Shown: piece by piece, positions 1 through 9,663 of the stretch
How positions within the stretch are numbered: the stretch's first letter is position 1
Layout: each line of letters starts with the position of its first letter
Assembly (NCBI GenBank): GCA_963827655.1
Contig: CAWHCF010000044.1
Location: 71,242-135,241 of the forward strand
Direction: 5' to 3'
Source of the DNA: an uncultured Acidobacteriota bacterium
GTDB taxonomy: Bacteria; Acidobacteriota; UBA6911
Length of the DNA stretch: 64,000 bases
The notes under the pieces: generated by a model
Seen by the model: the letters and a program-made list of their open reading frames with translations, nothing else
The model's database searches: none
What the model was told of the DNA's origin: nothing
Program-made: the position numbers and the translations under genes

Positions 1-717
1 AAGCCCAAAGCCCTTGTACGCTTGATCTCCCCCCATGGGGAGGAGCGAACCCGGAGGATCGCCATAGAGCTGATTCGGGTCGATGGTAGGCTTGCCATCC
101 GGGTCGAGCAACCAGCCAGGCGGACAGCTCTTGCCGGCGATGCGATAACCGCGGACTTTTCCCTCTGCGACGGCGGAGGTGCCAAAATCCAGCACGATAG
201 GCTCGGCCGACGTGGGTACGCCGATGCAAAGCGGATTGGTCCCGAGTACAGGGCGCTTCCCCCCCGGGGGAGCCACCCGCTGGGCGGCGCCGTGGGTGTT
301 GACCACCGCGATTGTCACCAGACCCGCGGCCGCCCCGATCTCGCCGTACTCTCCCACGCGGCCAATGTGGCCACTGCGTCTCAGCGTGCCGCAGCCCACA
401 CCCGTCTCCTTGGCCTTAGGCACAAGCCGCGTCAGCAACCGCTGTGCCTGAACCTGCCCGAAGCCCCAGCCTCCGTCGCAAGCCAGTACCGAAGCCGTTT
501 CCCTAAGGACTTCAAGCTCCACTCCCGGATGCATCCGCCCCTCGCGCACGAATTCCACGTAATAAGGAATTCGCATCACGCCGTGCGAGTCATGACCGCG
601 CAGGTTGGCGCCAATAAGGCTGCGCGCGACAACCGCCGCCTCCGCAGCGGATGCTCCTCCTGAGATCAGGAGCGCTCCAGCGAATTCTTCGAGCTCCCGA
701 GATCGAATGATAGGCAT
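1..717 (-). CDS. Ldh_2 family malate/L-lactate(sulfolactate) dehydrogenase, partial (C-terminus beyond window start)
   Basis: Reverse-strand translation from ATG (complement of 715-717) gives MPIIRSRELEEFAGALLISGGASAAEAAVVARSLIGANLRGHDSHGVMRIPYYVEFVREG, with the Ldh_2 motif GHDSHG. The frame stays open to position 1, so the ORF is absent from the track because it has no stop in the window. The listed + ORF 22..663 is its shadow. Confidence 0.7.
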   Translation of the reverse strand, partial: MPIIRSRELEEFAGALLISGGASAAEAAVVARSLIGANLRGHDSHGVMRIPYYVEFVREGRMHPGVELEVLRETASVLACDGGWGFGQVQAQRLLTRLVPKAKETGVGCGTLRRSGHIGRVGEYGEIGAAAGLVTIAVVNTHGAAQRVAPPGGKRPVLGTNPLCIGVPTSAEPIVLDFGTSAVAEGKVRGYRIAGKSCPPGWLLDPDGKPTIDPNQLYGDPPGSLLPMGGDQAYKGFGL

Positions 718-815
718 AATGGCTCCACTGTCTACTGCCTACTGGTATTCTAAAGCACCGGCACCTATAATGAGCCCCGTTTCACCCCTGCGCAGGCCAG
801 CCAACATAGGAGAAA

Positions 816-2030
816 ATGATGGAACGACTGTCCGGACTCCTGGGCATTGTGGCAATCCTGGGGATCGCTTATCTTTTTTCCACCAATCGAAGAGCGATCC
901 GGCCGAAGACTATAGTCTGGGGGCTGAGCCTGCAATTTGTTATTGGGGTTCTGGTGCTGCGAACCGCTGCAGGACAGAAAACCTTCCACTGGATCGGAGA
1001 TAAGATTAACCAACTGCTGTCATTTGCCAAGGCCGGATCCTCTCTTGTATTCGGCGAACTAGGCACGCCGGGCAACACGGTTGCGATTTTTGCGTTCCAG
1101 GTTTTGCCGACGATCATTTTCATCGCGGCTCTCTTTGCCATTCTCTATCACTTTGGCGTCATGCAGATCGTCGTCCTGGCGTTCGCCAAGGTCATGACGC
1201 GTCTGATGGGGGCGAGCGGCGCCGAGTCGCTCAATGTCGCTGCCAGTATCTTCATGGGACAGACCGAAGCACCCCTCACGATACGTCCCTTCCTTTCGGC
1301 GATGACCCGCTCAGAGCTCATGACCGTCATGACCAGCGGCATGGCCCATATTTCGGGCGGAATCATGGCCGCTTACATCGCCTTCGGAGTCGAGGCGCGG
1401 CATCTCCTGACCGCCGTTATCATGACCGCGCCGGGAACAATCTTGATGGCGAAGATGTTCGTTCCGGAAACCGAAGAACCCAAGACAGCCGGCGACGTGA
1501 GATTAAGAATCGAAAGGACAGATGTCAACGTCATCGATGCGGCTGCCCGCGGGACGGGAGAGGGGCTGATGCTGGCGTTGAATGTGGGCGCCATGCTGAT
1601 CGCCTTCCTGGCGCTGATTGCGCTGGTGAACGCACTCCTTGGCGTCATCCCGCTCGGAGAAGGCCGGAAACTGAGCCTCGAACTGATCTTCGGTTACGCA
1701 GCCGCCCCGCTCGCCTGGCTCATGGGCGTCCCCTGGAGAGACTGTTTCCCGGTTGGAAATCTGCTCGGAACTCGCCTGGTTCTCAACGAGCTGATCGCGT
1801 ATTCCCAGCTCGGATCGATGAAGGAGACTCTCGATCCTCGTTCATTTGTGATCGCAACCTTCGCCCTCTGCGGCTTTGCCAACTTCAGTTCGATCGGGAT
1901 CCAGCTCGGCGGCATTGGCTCGCTGGCTCCGGACCGGAAGCATGACCTGGCGCGGCTGGGCTTTCGCGCCGTAGCAGCAGGGACGCTGGCCAATTATTTA
2001 TCCGCATCCATTGCAGGAATCCTTCTCTGA
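816..2030 (+). CDS. nupC: NupC/CNT family concentrative nucleoside transporter
   Basis: 404-aa multi-TM protein. The layout and conserved blocks (GELGTPGNTVAIFAFQVLPTIIF ... SGMAHISGG ... CGFANFSSIGIQLGG) are typical of the NupC family. A GGAG SD precedes the ATG. Confidence 0.85.
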   Translation: MMERLSGLLGIVAILGIAYLFSTNRRAIRPKTIVWGLSLQFVIGVLVLRTAAGQKTFHWIGDKINQLLSFAKAGSSLVFGELGTPGNTVAIFAFQVLPTIIFIAALFAILYHFGVMQIVVLAFAKVMTRLMGASGAESLNVAASIFMGQTEAPLTIRPFLSAMTRSELMTVMTSGMAHISGGIMAAYIAFGVEARHLLTAVIMTAPGTILMAKMFVPETEEPKTAGDVRLRIERTDVNVIDAAARGTGEGLMLALNVGAMLIAFLALIALVNALLGVIPLGEGRKLSLELIFGYAAAPLAWLMGVPWRDCFPVGNLLGTRLVLNELIAYSQLGSMKETLDPRSFVIATFALCGFANFSSIGIQLGGIGSLAPDRKHDLARLGFRAVAAGTLANYLSASIAGILL

Positions 2031-2055
2031 TGCTTCTGGCGCCTTGGCGGTGAAG

Positions 2056-3468
2056 CTAGGTCGTGACCGGCGGATGGTACGGAAGCGTCTGAGCAAGAAG
2101 CCAGCAAAGTATCAGGACGATCGGGATATGAAACAAGAGCTGGAGAATTGAATACCCGGCAAGATCTCTCGCGCGCACATTGAGGATTCCCATGAGCGGC
2201 AGCATCCAGAATGGGTTGACCAGGTTTGGCAGCGCTTCGGCGGCATTGTAGATCTGTACCACCCATCCCAAATGCACCTGCCAGGCATTGGCTGCCGACA
2301 TCACGTACGGAGCTTCGATGACCCATTTGGCGCCGCCTGAAGGAATGAACATGCCAAGAATCGCGGAGTAGACTGCAACGACGAGCGGCAGGGTACTCTT
2401 GGAGGTAACTCGGACGAAGAGATTCGACAGTGCGGTCGCGATCGACGTCTTGGAAATGAGCCCGAAGATTCCAGCGTAGAACGGGTACTGGATCAAAACT
2501 CCAGCGGTGGCGGGGACGGATTTGGCCACCGCCTTCAAGAATGATCTCGGCCGGCCGTGCAGCAAAAGCCCCAGGGTCAAAAAGGTGAAGTTGAAGTTGT
2601 TCAGATCCAGTACGGCGACGGGTCCTTTCTCTCGAAGCTGGATCACGAGAAAGGCAAGCATGATGGCGGAAATCAGCAGGGTCATTATCGGGCTGTTATC
2701 CAGTCGTTCGCCCGGAGTCTTAGGCGCTTCCTGTTCGATGACGAAAGGCTCGAAATGCGCCCCCATTTTCCCGGCGGTTCTCGCCTGGTCGGGGTGAGGG
2801 CAAGAAAAATAAGCGACGGCGACCGATGCGATAATCAAGATGACCGCCATGAGCAGGCTTTGCCAAAGGAATATAGTCTGGGATAGCGGGATTACTCCCG
2901 TGATCGGCAAAAGAGCCGGCGGGATCGAAGATTCGGTGGCCTGCAACAAGGCGGCGGATGACGACAGACCGAGAGCCCACACGCTGCCCACGCCGAGGTA
3001 GGCTGCGGCTCCGATGGCCCGGTAATCTGTGCCGGGGATTCGCCTGGTGGTTTCCCTTACGAGCAGCCCGGTGAAAATCAGCGACATCCCCCACGACACC
3101 ATCGAGGTGATCATTGAAAAGAACGCGACAAAGGCCACGGCGCCGCGCGGCGTTTTCGGCACCGACGCCAGCCTCTCGATGAGCCAGGCACAAGGGGGAG
3201 AGCTTGCGACCACGAAGCCGCCGATAATGATGAGCGCCATCTGCATGGTGAACGGGAGAAGCACCCAGAAACCATTGCCGAATTCGGAAATAAGCTTTAC
3301 TGGACCTTCGCCGAGCGCCAGCCCTGCGGCAAACACTACAATGACCCCGGCCAGCGCAAAGACAAACGCGTCGGGGAAGTATCGTTCGCACACATCCGCG
3401 ATTGCCATCCCCGCGCGCGCTAGCGGAGGGTCTTGCGCGCGGCCCGATCGAACAGGTGACTTTGCCAT
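2056..3468 (-). CDS. atoE: AtoE-type short-chain fatty acid transporter
   Basis: Polytopic membrane protein beginning ...CERYFPDAFVFA, like AtoE (TIGR00366). The ORF is open to 3519; in-frame Met at 3468 or 3408 are likelier starts. Convergent with nupC. Confidence 0.7.
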   Translation of the reverse strand: MAKSPVRSGRAQDPPLARAGMAIADVCERYFPDAFVFALAGVIVVFAAGLALGEGPVKLISEFGNGFWVLLPFTMQMALIIIGGFVVASSPPCAWLIERLASVPKTPRGAVAFVAFFSMITSMVSWGMSLIFTGLLVRETTRRIPGTDYRAIGAAAYLGVGSVWALGLSSSAALLQATESSIPPALLPITGVIPLSQTIFLWQSLLMAVILIIASVAVAYFSCPHPDQARTAGKMGAHFEPFVIEQEAPKTPGERLDNSPIMTLLISAIMLAFLVIQLREKGPVAVLDLNNFNFTFLTLGLLLHGRPRSFLKAVAKSVPATAGVLIQYPFYAGIFGLISKTSIATALSNLFVRVTSKSTLPLVVAVYSAILGMFIPSGGAKWVIEAPYVMSAANAWQVHLGWVVQIYNAAEALPNLVNPFWMLPLMGILNVRARDLAGYSILQLLFHIPIVLILCWLLAQTLPYHPPVTT

Positions 3469-3578
3469 GAGTGGGCCAGTATAAGAAGTCGGAAGACCGA
3501 CGGCAACCGCCAGGATCATTCAGGCTATTTTGCCTGCCGGCGTCTTCGTGCCAACCGTTAGCTCTCGTGAGGTGAAAA

Positions 3579-5018
3579 GTGTTGAGATACGTCGCATCAG
3601 CGCTGATCGTTTTCGCGTTCGCGCAGAAAACTCCCTACGACCTGGTGGTCCAGGGCGGGCGCGTCATGGATCCGCAAAGCGGTTTGGATGCTGTCCGCAA
3701 CATCGGAATTACGGGCGGAACCATCGCCATAGTCTCGAGCGAACCGCTGAATGGTGCGAGGCTGCTCGATGCCTCCGGACTCGTCGTAGCACCGGGATTC
3801 GTCGACCTCCATTCCCATGGGCAGGATCAGGAAAACTACCGGCTCAAGGCGCTGGATGGAGTGACCACGGCTCTCGAGCTCGAGATCGGCGTTCCGGACG
3901 TGGGGAAATTCCTGGCCGAGAGACGAGGAAAGGCTCTGATTCATTTCGGGGCGACAGCGAGCCACCCCTTCGCTCGGGTCAAGGCCTTCGGCGCGGCACT
4001 GCCTTCCGGGGCTATTGTTCCGCCTTCGAGTTCAGCCACTGAAACGGCCGCGACGGATGACCAGCTGCAACTGATGAAGGACCGTCTGCGGAAAGAGCTG
4101 GATGCGGGAGCGCTCGGCATCGGCATGGGAATAGCCTACACCCCAGGGGCGACACGCCTTGAGGTGATTGAGATATTTCGCCTGGCGGCGCAGAGAGGAG
4201 TTCCGGTATTCGCTCACGTGCGAGGCGCGGGTAGAATCGAGCCTGGCTCCAGCATCGAAGCAATATCCGAAGTTATCGCGGCGGCAGCCATAAGCGGCGC
4301 GTCGCTTCATGTCGTTCACATCAATAGCTCCGGGCTGAAGGACGCTCCGGAATGCCTCAAGCTCATCGAAGGAGCGCGGGCTCGTGGGCTCGACGTAACA
4401 ACCGAAGCCTATCCTTATATCGCCGGCATGACGGCCATCAACTCGGCAATTTTCAATCCCGGATGGCGCGAGAAGTTCGGCATCGACTACAAAGACTTGC
4501 AACTCGTGGAAACCGGTGAGCGGCTTGCGAAGGAAAGCTTCGACCGCCTTCATGCCGCGACCGAACCCAAGCTGGTTCTCATGTTCGTGAACACGGACGA
4601 AATGGTCGATTTCGTCATTCCTCATCCGCTGGTCATGATCGCCAGCGACGGCCACATCGAAAAGGGGAAAGGTCATCCGCGCGGGGCCGGAACATACGCC
4701 CGCATACTCGCGCGCTACGTTCGCCAACAGCAGCGGCTCACTCTGATGGACGCACTACGAAAAATGTCACTGATGCCCGCGCAGCGGTTGGAGGTTTCAG
4801 CGCCGGCGGCCCGAAGGAAAGGGCGAATCCAGGTAGGGGCAGACGCCGATATCGTCGTCTTTGATCCACGCACAATTACCGACCGCGCCACTTACGAATC
4901 ACCTTCGATGCCCAGCGCGGGTATGCGATACGTTCTGGTATCGGGTACGGTGGTGGTAAACGAAGGAAGGCTGGCGGACAATGTCGCGCCCGGGCAGCCG
5001 CTAGGTGTCAGGCCCTGA
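3579..5018 (+). CDS. Secreted amidohydrolase, N-acyl-D-amino-acid deacylase (D-aminoacylase) family
   Basis: GTG start with a GAGGTG SD. N-terminal signal peptide (ALIVFAFAQKTP). Metal-binding HSH motif (VDLHSHGQ) and the overall Amidohydro_3/D-aminoacylase pattern (DLVV.GGRV.DP, C-terminal DADIVVFDP). Confidence 0.7.
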   Translation: MLRYVASALIVFAFAQKTPYDLVVQGGRVMDPQSGLDAVRNIGITGGTIAIVSSEPLNGARLLDASGLVVAPGFVDLHSHGQDQENYRLKALDGVTTALELEIGVPDVGKFLAERRGKALIHFGATASHPFARVKAFGAALPSGAIVPPSSSATETAATDDQLQLMKDRLRKELDAGALGIGMGIAYTPGATRLEVIEIFRLAAQRGVPVFAHVRGAGRIEPGSSIEAISEVIAAAAISGASLHVVHINSSGLKDAPECLKLIEGARARGLDVTTEAYPYIAGMTAINSAIFNPGWREKFGIDYKDLQLVETGERLAKESFDRLHAATEPKLVLMFVNTDEMVDFVIPHPLVMIASDGHIEKGKGHPRGAGTYARILARYVRQQQRLTLMDALRKMSLMPAQRLEVSAPAARRKGRIQVGADADIVVFDPRTITDRATYESPSMPSAGMRYVLVSGTVVVNEGRLADNVAPGQPLGVRP

Positions 5019-5032
5019 AAAGGCCTGACACC
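5004..5032. terminator. 11-bp perfect inverted repeat (GGTGTCAGGCC-N7-GGCCTGACACC) between convergent genes
   Basis: Seen directly in the sequence. It overlaps the D-aminoacylase stop codon (5016-5018) and lies 12 nt downstream of the minus-strand small ORF. There is no U-run, so it is a candidate bidirectional terminator or structured element only. Confidence 0.45.
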
Positions 5033-5043
5033 TGGCGCATTGA

Positions 5044-5223
5044 TCATATCTTGATTCGATTGTCGTCTTTGGGACAGACCCAGTACATTCCACCCGGAGT
5101 GTCACGGTACTTCATGACTCTGGTCGCGACCATCGACGTCCCGCAATTCGGACAAGGATGCTCGTAACGAAAACCTTTGTCGCCCAGGCTCGCGCGCGCG
5201 GTCTTGGAAATCTTCTCCGCCAT
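5044..5223 (-). CDS. Small (59 aa) zinc-ribbon-like protein; below the 60-aa cutoff of the ORF track
   Basis: Manual reverse-strand translation gives MAEKISKTARASLGDKGFRYEHPCPNCGTSMVATRVMKYRDTPGGMYWVCPKDDNRIKI. Preceded by GGGAGGGAAGGAAT-ATG (strong SD). It has a CPxCG knuckle plus a C-P-K-D half-knuckle. Confidence 0.4.
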   Translation of the reverse strand: MAEKISKTARASLGDKGFRYEHPCPNCGTSMVATRVMKYRDTPGGMYWVCPKDDNRIKI

Positions 5224-5487
5224 ATTCCTTCCCTCCCTTCTCTTAAAATGGCAAAAAAATCGGGAATTATACGTGGCTCGGACAACAAATCAAGGAATAT
5301 TTCACATCTCTTCGCAATCCTCAGCGTTTTCGCAACTTGGCGCCCTGTCCGCGGACCCAAACCTCAGGTCAATTTTCTCTTGCTCAACGAAAACTCCCGG
5401 GATACAAGTACCTTCTCTATCGTTAAAACTGATCACGATTCCCTATTTTGGAGGGGCTTGCCAGTATCGAAACCCGCGACCATTGCG

Positions 5488-6294
5488 ATGATACGCCAAT
5501 ACTCGACTCTGAACATGGAACCCTGCCCCACCAATGGATTCGTGAACAGGGTGACAAAAAGGATCTCCTGGAACCTATTGAACCGTTTGGTCAAAGGGAA
5601 AAAGCTGAAGGTACGCATGTTTTCAGGTGACTCTTTCTTCGTCCGGGTCGGCGATCAGATCAGCCGGGGGATCTTCTGTCAGGGTTGCCACGAGCCGCAG
5701 TTGACCTCCCTTCTTCTGCCCTTCCTCGGCCCAGGTATGACAGCCTTCGACATCGGTGCGAATATCGGTTACTACACACTCCTGATGGCGCGAAGGGTGG
5801 GCCCGGCAGGGATGGTTCACTCCTTCGAGATCAACGAGAATGTCCTCGACCTGCTGGAAGAGAACATCCGGTTGGCAAAGGTTGGAAACGTCAAGATTGC
5901 CCGGCGGGCCGTGGCCAGGACCAGCGGACAGATGGAGTTTTTCGTGCCTCGTCCAGGGGATGAGGCCGAGGGTAGTCTCAAGAAAAGCCAGCGCTATGAA
6001 GCGGCGAAGACCGTAAAAGTATCCAGCGTCTCCCTGGACGAGTATGTCGAGGAGCACAAAATCAAAAGAGTCCACTTTATCAAGATTGACGTGGAGGGCG
6101 CCGAATACGAAGCCTTTGAAGGAGCCAGGAATCTGCTCTCGTCGAATAACAAGCCCGTTATCATGTTCGAGGCGCTGGATACAGCGTGTATGAACTTCGG
6201 AGTGAATTGGCTCGACGTCGTCGAGAAGGTGAAGAGCTTCGGTTACCGAATCCATCAGGCTGATGCAGCCAACTACTTTGCGACGCCTGAATGA
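5488..6294 (+). CDS. FkbM family methyltransferase
   Basis: FDIGANIGYYT (SAM motif I of FkbM, TIGR01444) and the C-terminal IKIDVEGAEYEAFEGA block. The track ORF opens at 5158, but the first 110 codons look non-coding, so an internal ATG at 5488 (or 5515) was chosen. Confidence 0.75.
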   Translation: MIRQYSTLNMEPCPTNGFVNRVTKRISWNLLNRLVKGKKLKVRMFSGDSFFVRVGDQISRGIFCQGCHEPQLTSLLLPFLGPGMTAFDIGANIGYYTLLMARRVGPAGMVHSFEINENVLDLLEENIRLAKVGNVKIARRAVARTSGQMEFFVPRPGDEAEGSLKKSQRYEAAKTVKVSSVSLDEYVEEHKIKRVHFIKIDVEGAEYEAFEGARNLLSSNNKPVIMFEALDTACMNFGVNWLDVVEKVKSFGYRIHQADAANYFATPE

Positions 6295-6309
6295 CACGCA
6301 TCGCGGTTC

Positions 6310-9300
6310 TCAGGGAAGCTCTATCCTGGCGTCGTTGTGTAGTGGTGAGGACGCCGGCATCGAATCGGGTCCCAGAGGAATCTCGACCGATTCGCCCGTG
6401 CGAGCCAGAAGCAAATATGCCGATTTAACCTTCAGGCCAAGAGCCCGAAGCGCTTTTTCATACGCCTGGACCTGGCCGGAGTACCGCTGGCTGAAGGAAC
6501 CGCGCCTCTCGTTCACTTCGGCCGGAATGATATCGGTTTTATAATCGACGATTACCCATTCACCCCCCTCTTCAAACAGGAGATCGACTTTCCCGGACTC
6601 AATCGGCGCAAGCTCTCCAGGCGCCCCCAAAGGGCGGACGAATGGAAGTTCCCGAATTACCTTGCCGGGCGAATTCTTGACCCGGCGAACGCGCGCCATC
6701 AACTCGGAATCGTAGCTGTTTCGAACCATCTCTTCCAGAAGCCGGGCCTCACTCCGCCCCAGATTGTGGCGTCGCGCGGCTGCGCGACTCGATTCGGCGA
6801 TACTTGCGACCTGGCAAAAATCCAGCGCGTCCATGGCCTGATGAAAGGCCAGCCCTAAACGAATCGCGCGGCCACGGGCGGTTTCAGCCAGGTTCGCCGC
6901 ATCCGGGTCATCCGCTGCCGCTTGAAAGCCGCTGGGAGCGCGAATATCCCTGGAGCGGGGCGTCTGGTCTCTTAACCGGATGACCTCCGCGTATTCGCGA
7001 CGGAGTCGTTCTGTTATATCGTCCGGCGCAGGTGAGCCGGCAGGTCTCGCTACCTCCACCGGCACATCGAGAATGCCGGTGTCGAGCACCTGCACCAATC
7101 CATCCGTGAGGGAAAGTTCCTTCAATCGTTCCCAAATCGGGCTCAGCCGGGACCTGCGCCACTCGTGGACCCATTTCTTCTCATGCTCAGCCCATCTCCA
7201 CCCCGTGTGGGTGGAGACGACCAGGTGGTCGCGCGCGCGTGTTAACGCGACGTACAGGAGCCTGATCAATTCTGCGTTCTCTCGTTTTCTGTCCCACTCC
7301 TGAAGCTGGCGCCAGCCGGCGGACTGCAGTTTCGACTCTCTGGAGCCGGCAGTCACCGCGTAAGTCTTCTGCTGGTGGGGATCCGCCAGAAAAGATTTCT
7401 GTCCGGGGTTTCTGGCGCCCCCGAGACCGGCGGCAATAACGATCGGGAAATCGAGTCCCTTCGCTTTATGAATGGTAAGGATCCGGACCGAGTCGCTCCG
7501 CTCTTCCATGATGCGGCTCTCGCTCTCGGCCAATTCCTCCTTGTCCAGTACCCCGAGCAGTTCGATGACCTGAGAGAAAGTCGTTTCCGTCTGGAGCCGT
7601 CGCAGCTCCCGAACCAGCTTACCGAGGTTGGCCAGCGACTGTAGCCCGCCCCAACGGGCCGCGAGCACCTCGCGAGCGCCGGTCTCGCGCAAAAGAGTTT
7701 CCAGGATCGCCGAAGCCGGCCTCTCGTGTCGCTGTTGATGGAGCTCGCGCAGAATCCGGAAGGGATGGTGCAGGCGAGAGCCGGCGGGAATTTCGTTGCG
7801 GTAGTCGAACGTGATTCCCTGCGTTCGACTCCTGAGCAAATCCTCGTCTGACAGGCCGAAGAATATCGATCGAAGAGATCCATAGACCGCCACGCGGTCA
7901 TTGGGATTAGCCACGGCGCGCAGAACGGTTGTGGCCGACGAAACTTCGCTTCGAGCATAGTAATATTTCCCGCCTTCGAGGACATAAGGTATTTCCGCCT
8001 GCCGTAGCGCTTCCTCGAGGACATCCACGCGCGAAAGGACGGGAAGCAGAATGGCAATGTCTTCGTAGTTCGGAACGCGCCGGGATTCAGGCCGTGAAGA
8101 TGACCGTTCGGCGACCAGCCATTTCTCGCTCCCCCGAATCTGTCGCACCAGCGCAACCAGACGCCGTGCTTCCCGGGCGATGAAGTCGCCCGCCGGGAAA
8201 GCCTGGTTGCGTTGATCGACTGGATCGGGCAAGAGATGGACCGATGACAAACCGGGTTCGTGGAGCCTGGCCGCGGATCCGAAGGCCAGGTATTCCGGCT
8301 GGTAACGGCCATCCTCCGGCTTTTTCATAACGCCCGCGAAAAGCGCGTCCACGAAGCGAAGAATCGAGGGTACGGAACGGAAGTTCGTGGTCAGCTGCAC
8401 TTGCTCCAACCCGCGCGCGGCGATTCTCTCTGTATCAAAAAGGTTGAGGTAGTTCTCGATGTCGGCGCCGCGGAAACGATAAATCGACTGTTTGGGATCT
8501 CCTACAAGGAAGAGGCGGCCAGGAGCGGGCTGGAGCTTCTCAATGTCGGTCTCTGTCAGATCCGGCGAAGAAAGAAGCAGTACGATCTCCGCTTGGATCG
8601 GATCCGTATCCTGGAACTCATCCACGAGAATAGTGGCGAACTTCTTCTGAAAATCATGCCGGACAGCGGGGCTTCTTGCGAGCAAGTCGCGAGCCGCCAG
8701 CAACTGGTCGTCAAAATCAAGCAGACCTTCGCTCCGCTTCTGCCCCTTCCATTCCGGAAGGAAGTCGCCGGCTAGCCAGAGCAACAACTCGTGCAGTAGC
8801 CGCTGCGCCGCCATTGAAGAAGCTTCGGTCGAAAAATCCTCGCATCTCTTCAAGAAGGATCGCACGCTTTCAAGTGTCTGGCTTCCACCCTTCCAGTTCT
8901 CGCGCGATCCGGCTGAGGCAGATCTTCTCGGAAAAACGCTGTATTCGGTCGATCCGTCCAGCCACGACGCGATCTGGTTGAGGTTGTCCGCTAACCTGTC
9001 TCTGCGATCAAGGACCAGCCGGGAATACTTTCGCGCCTCGGATGCCAGATCCAGCCGGCGCCGTCGTGCTTCTTCGTCTGTCATCGGAGCCTGCAGATCC
9101 AGCTTCTCGATAACCGCTGCCTGGAACCTCAGATTCCGGGCCAGCTCGCGGAGAGTATCCAGTCCCAAACCCGCTCGCAGGGCTCGTTCAAGCGGACCGC
9201 GGCGCTCCTTGATCGCACGATCGAGCCAGGCCTCCCAGACTCGCCTGAAAAAGAGCTCCGCGTGCGCATCGTCGAGCGCCGTAAACTGCGGATCCAGACC

Positions 9301-9663
9301 TGCCTCGACAGGTCTTTCCTTCAGCAACGCCACTGCAAACGCGTGGATGGTCGAGATGGCGGCCGACTCCAAATCGTGAAGGGCGGCCGATGCCCGTGTC
9401 CCCTCGACGCCAGAGCGGCAAGACAATTCTTCGAATCGTTGTCGAAGCCTGATTTTCATCTCGCCGGCGGCTTTCTCAGTAAAGGTGATGGCGGCGATGT
9501 TGCGCAGGCTTATGGGCCGACCCTGCGGTCCCTCCTTCAAGACAAGATTAAGAATCCGCTCGATAAGGATCGCGGTCTTGCCGGTTCCGGCAGAAGCTTC
9601 GACGGCAAAGGATCGACCGGTCTCCGTGGCAGCTCGGGCCCGGTGCTGAGAATCGTCTGTCAT
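6310..9663 (-). CDS. addA: AddA/RecB-like ATP-dependent helicase-nuclease subunit A (UvrD helicase plus C-terminal PD-(D/E)xK nuclease)
   Basis: 1117 aa. Walker A ASAGTGKT near the N-terminus, UvrD-helicase motifs, and a C-terminal nuclease motif (VDLLFEEGGEWVIVDYKTD). It overlaps the upstream addB stop by 4 nt. Confidence 0.85.
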   Translation of the reverse strand: MTDDSQHRARAATETGRSFAVEASAGTGKTAILIERILNLVLKEGPQGRPISLRNIAAITFTEKAAGEMKIRLRQRFEELSCRSGVEGTRASAALHDLESAAISTIHAFAVALLKERPVEAGLDPQFTALDDAHAELFFRRVWEAWLDRAIKERRGPLERALRAGLGLDTLRELARNLRFQAAVIEKLDLQAPMTDEEARRRRLDLASEARKYSRLVLDRRDRLADNLNQIASWLDGSTEYSVFPRRSASAGSRENWKGGSQTLESVRSFLKRCEDFSTEASSMAAQRLLHELLLWLAGDFLPEWKGQKRSEGLLDFDDQLLAARDLLARSPAVRHDFQKKFATILVDEFQDTDPIQAEIVLLLSSPDLTETDIEKLQPAPGRLFLVGDPKQSIYRFRGADIENYLNLFDTERIAARGLEQVQLTTNFRSVPSILRFVDALFAGVMKKPEDGRYQPEYLAFGSAARLHEPGLSSVHLLPDPVDQRNQAFPAGDFIAREARRLVALVRQIRGSEKWLVAERSSSRPESRRVPNYEDIAILLPVLSRVDVLEEALRQAEIPYVLEGGKYYYARSEVSSATTVLRAVANPNDRVAVYGSLRSIFFGLSDEDLLRSRTQGITFDYRNEIPAGSRLHHPFRILRELHQQRHERPASAILETLLRETGAREVLAARWGGLQSLANLGKLVRELRRLQTETTFSQVIELLGVLDKEELAESESRIMEERSDSVRILTIHKAKGLDFPIVIAAGLGGARNPGQKSFLADPHQQKTYAVTAGSRESKLQSAGWRQLQEWDRKRENAELIRLLYVALTRARDHLVVSTHTGWRWAEHEKKWVHEWRRSRLSPIWERLKELSLTDGLVQVLDTGILDVPVEVARPAGSPAPDDITERLRREYAEVIRLRDQTPRSRDIRAPSGFQAAADDPDAANLAETARGRAIRLGLAFHQAMDALDFCQVASIAESSRAAARRHNLGRSEARLLEEMVRNSYDSELMARVRRVKNSPGKVIRELPFVRPLGAPGELAPIESGKVDLLFEEGGEWVIVDYKTDIIPAEVNERRGSFSQRYSGQVQAYEKALRALGLKVKSAYLLLARTGESVEIPLGPDSMPASSPLHNDARIELP

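Noticed and set aside
22-663. 213-aa + strand ORF at the window start
   Set aside because: Arg-rich, low-complexity translation. It is the antisense shadow of a well-supported Ldh_2-family gene on the minus strand (GHDSHG motif).
7353-8312. 319-aa minus ORF and other ORFs nested in addA, addB, atoE and wzc
   Set aside because: Alternative-frame ORFs inside strongly supported genes; Ser/Arg/Pro-rich.
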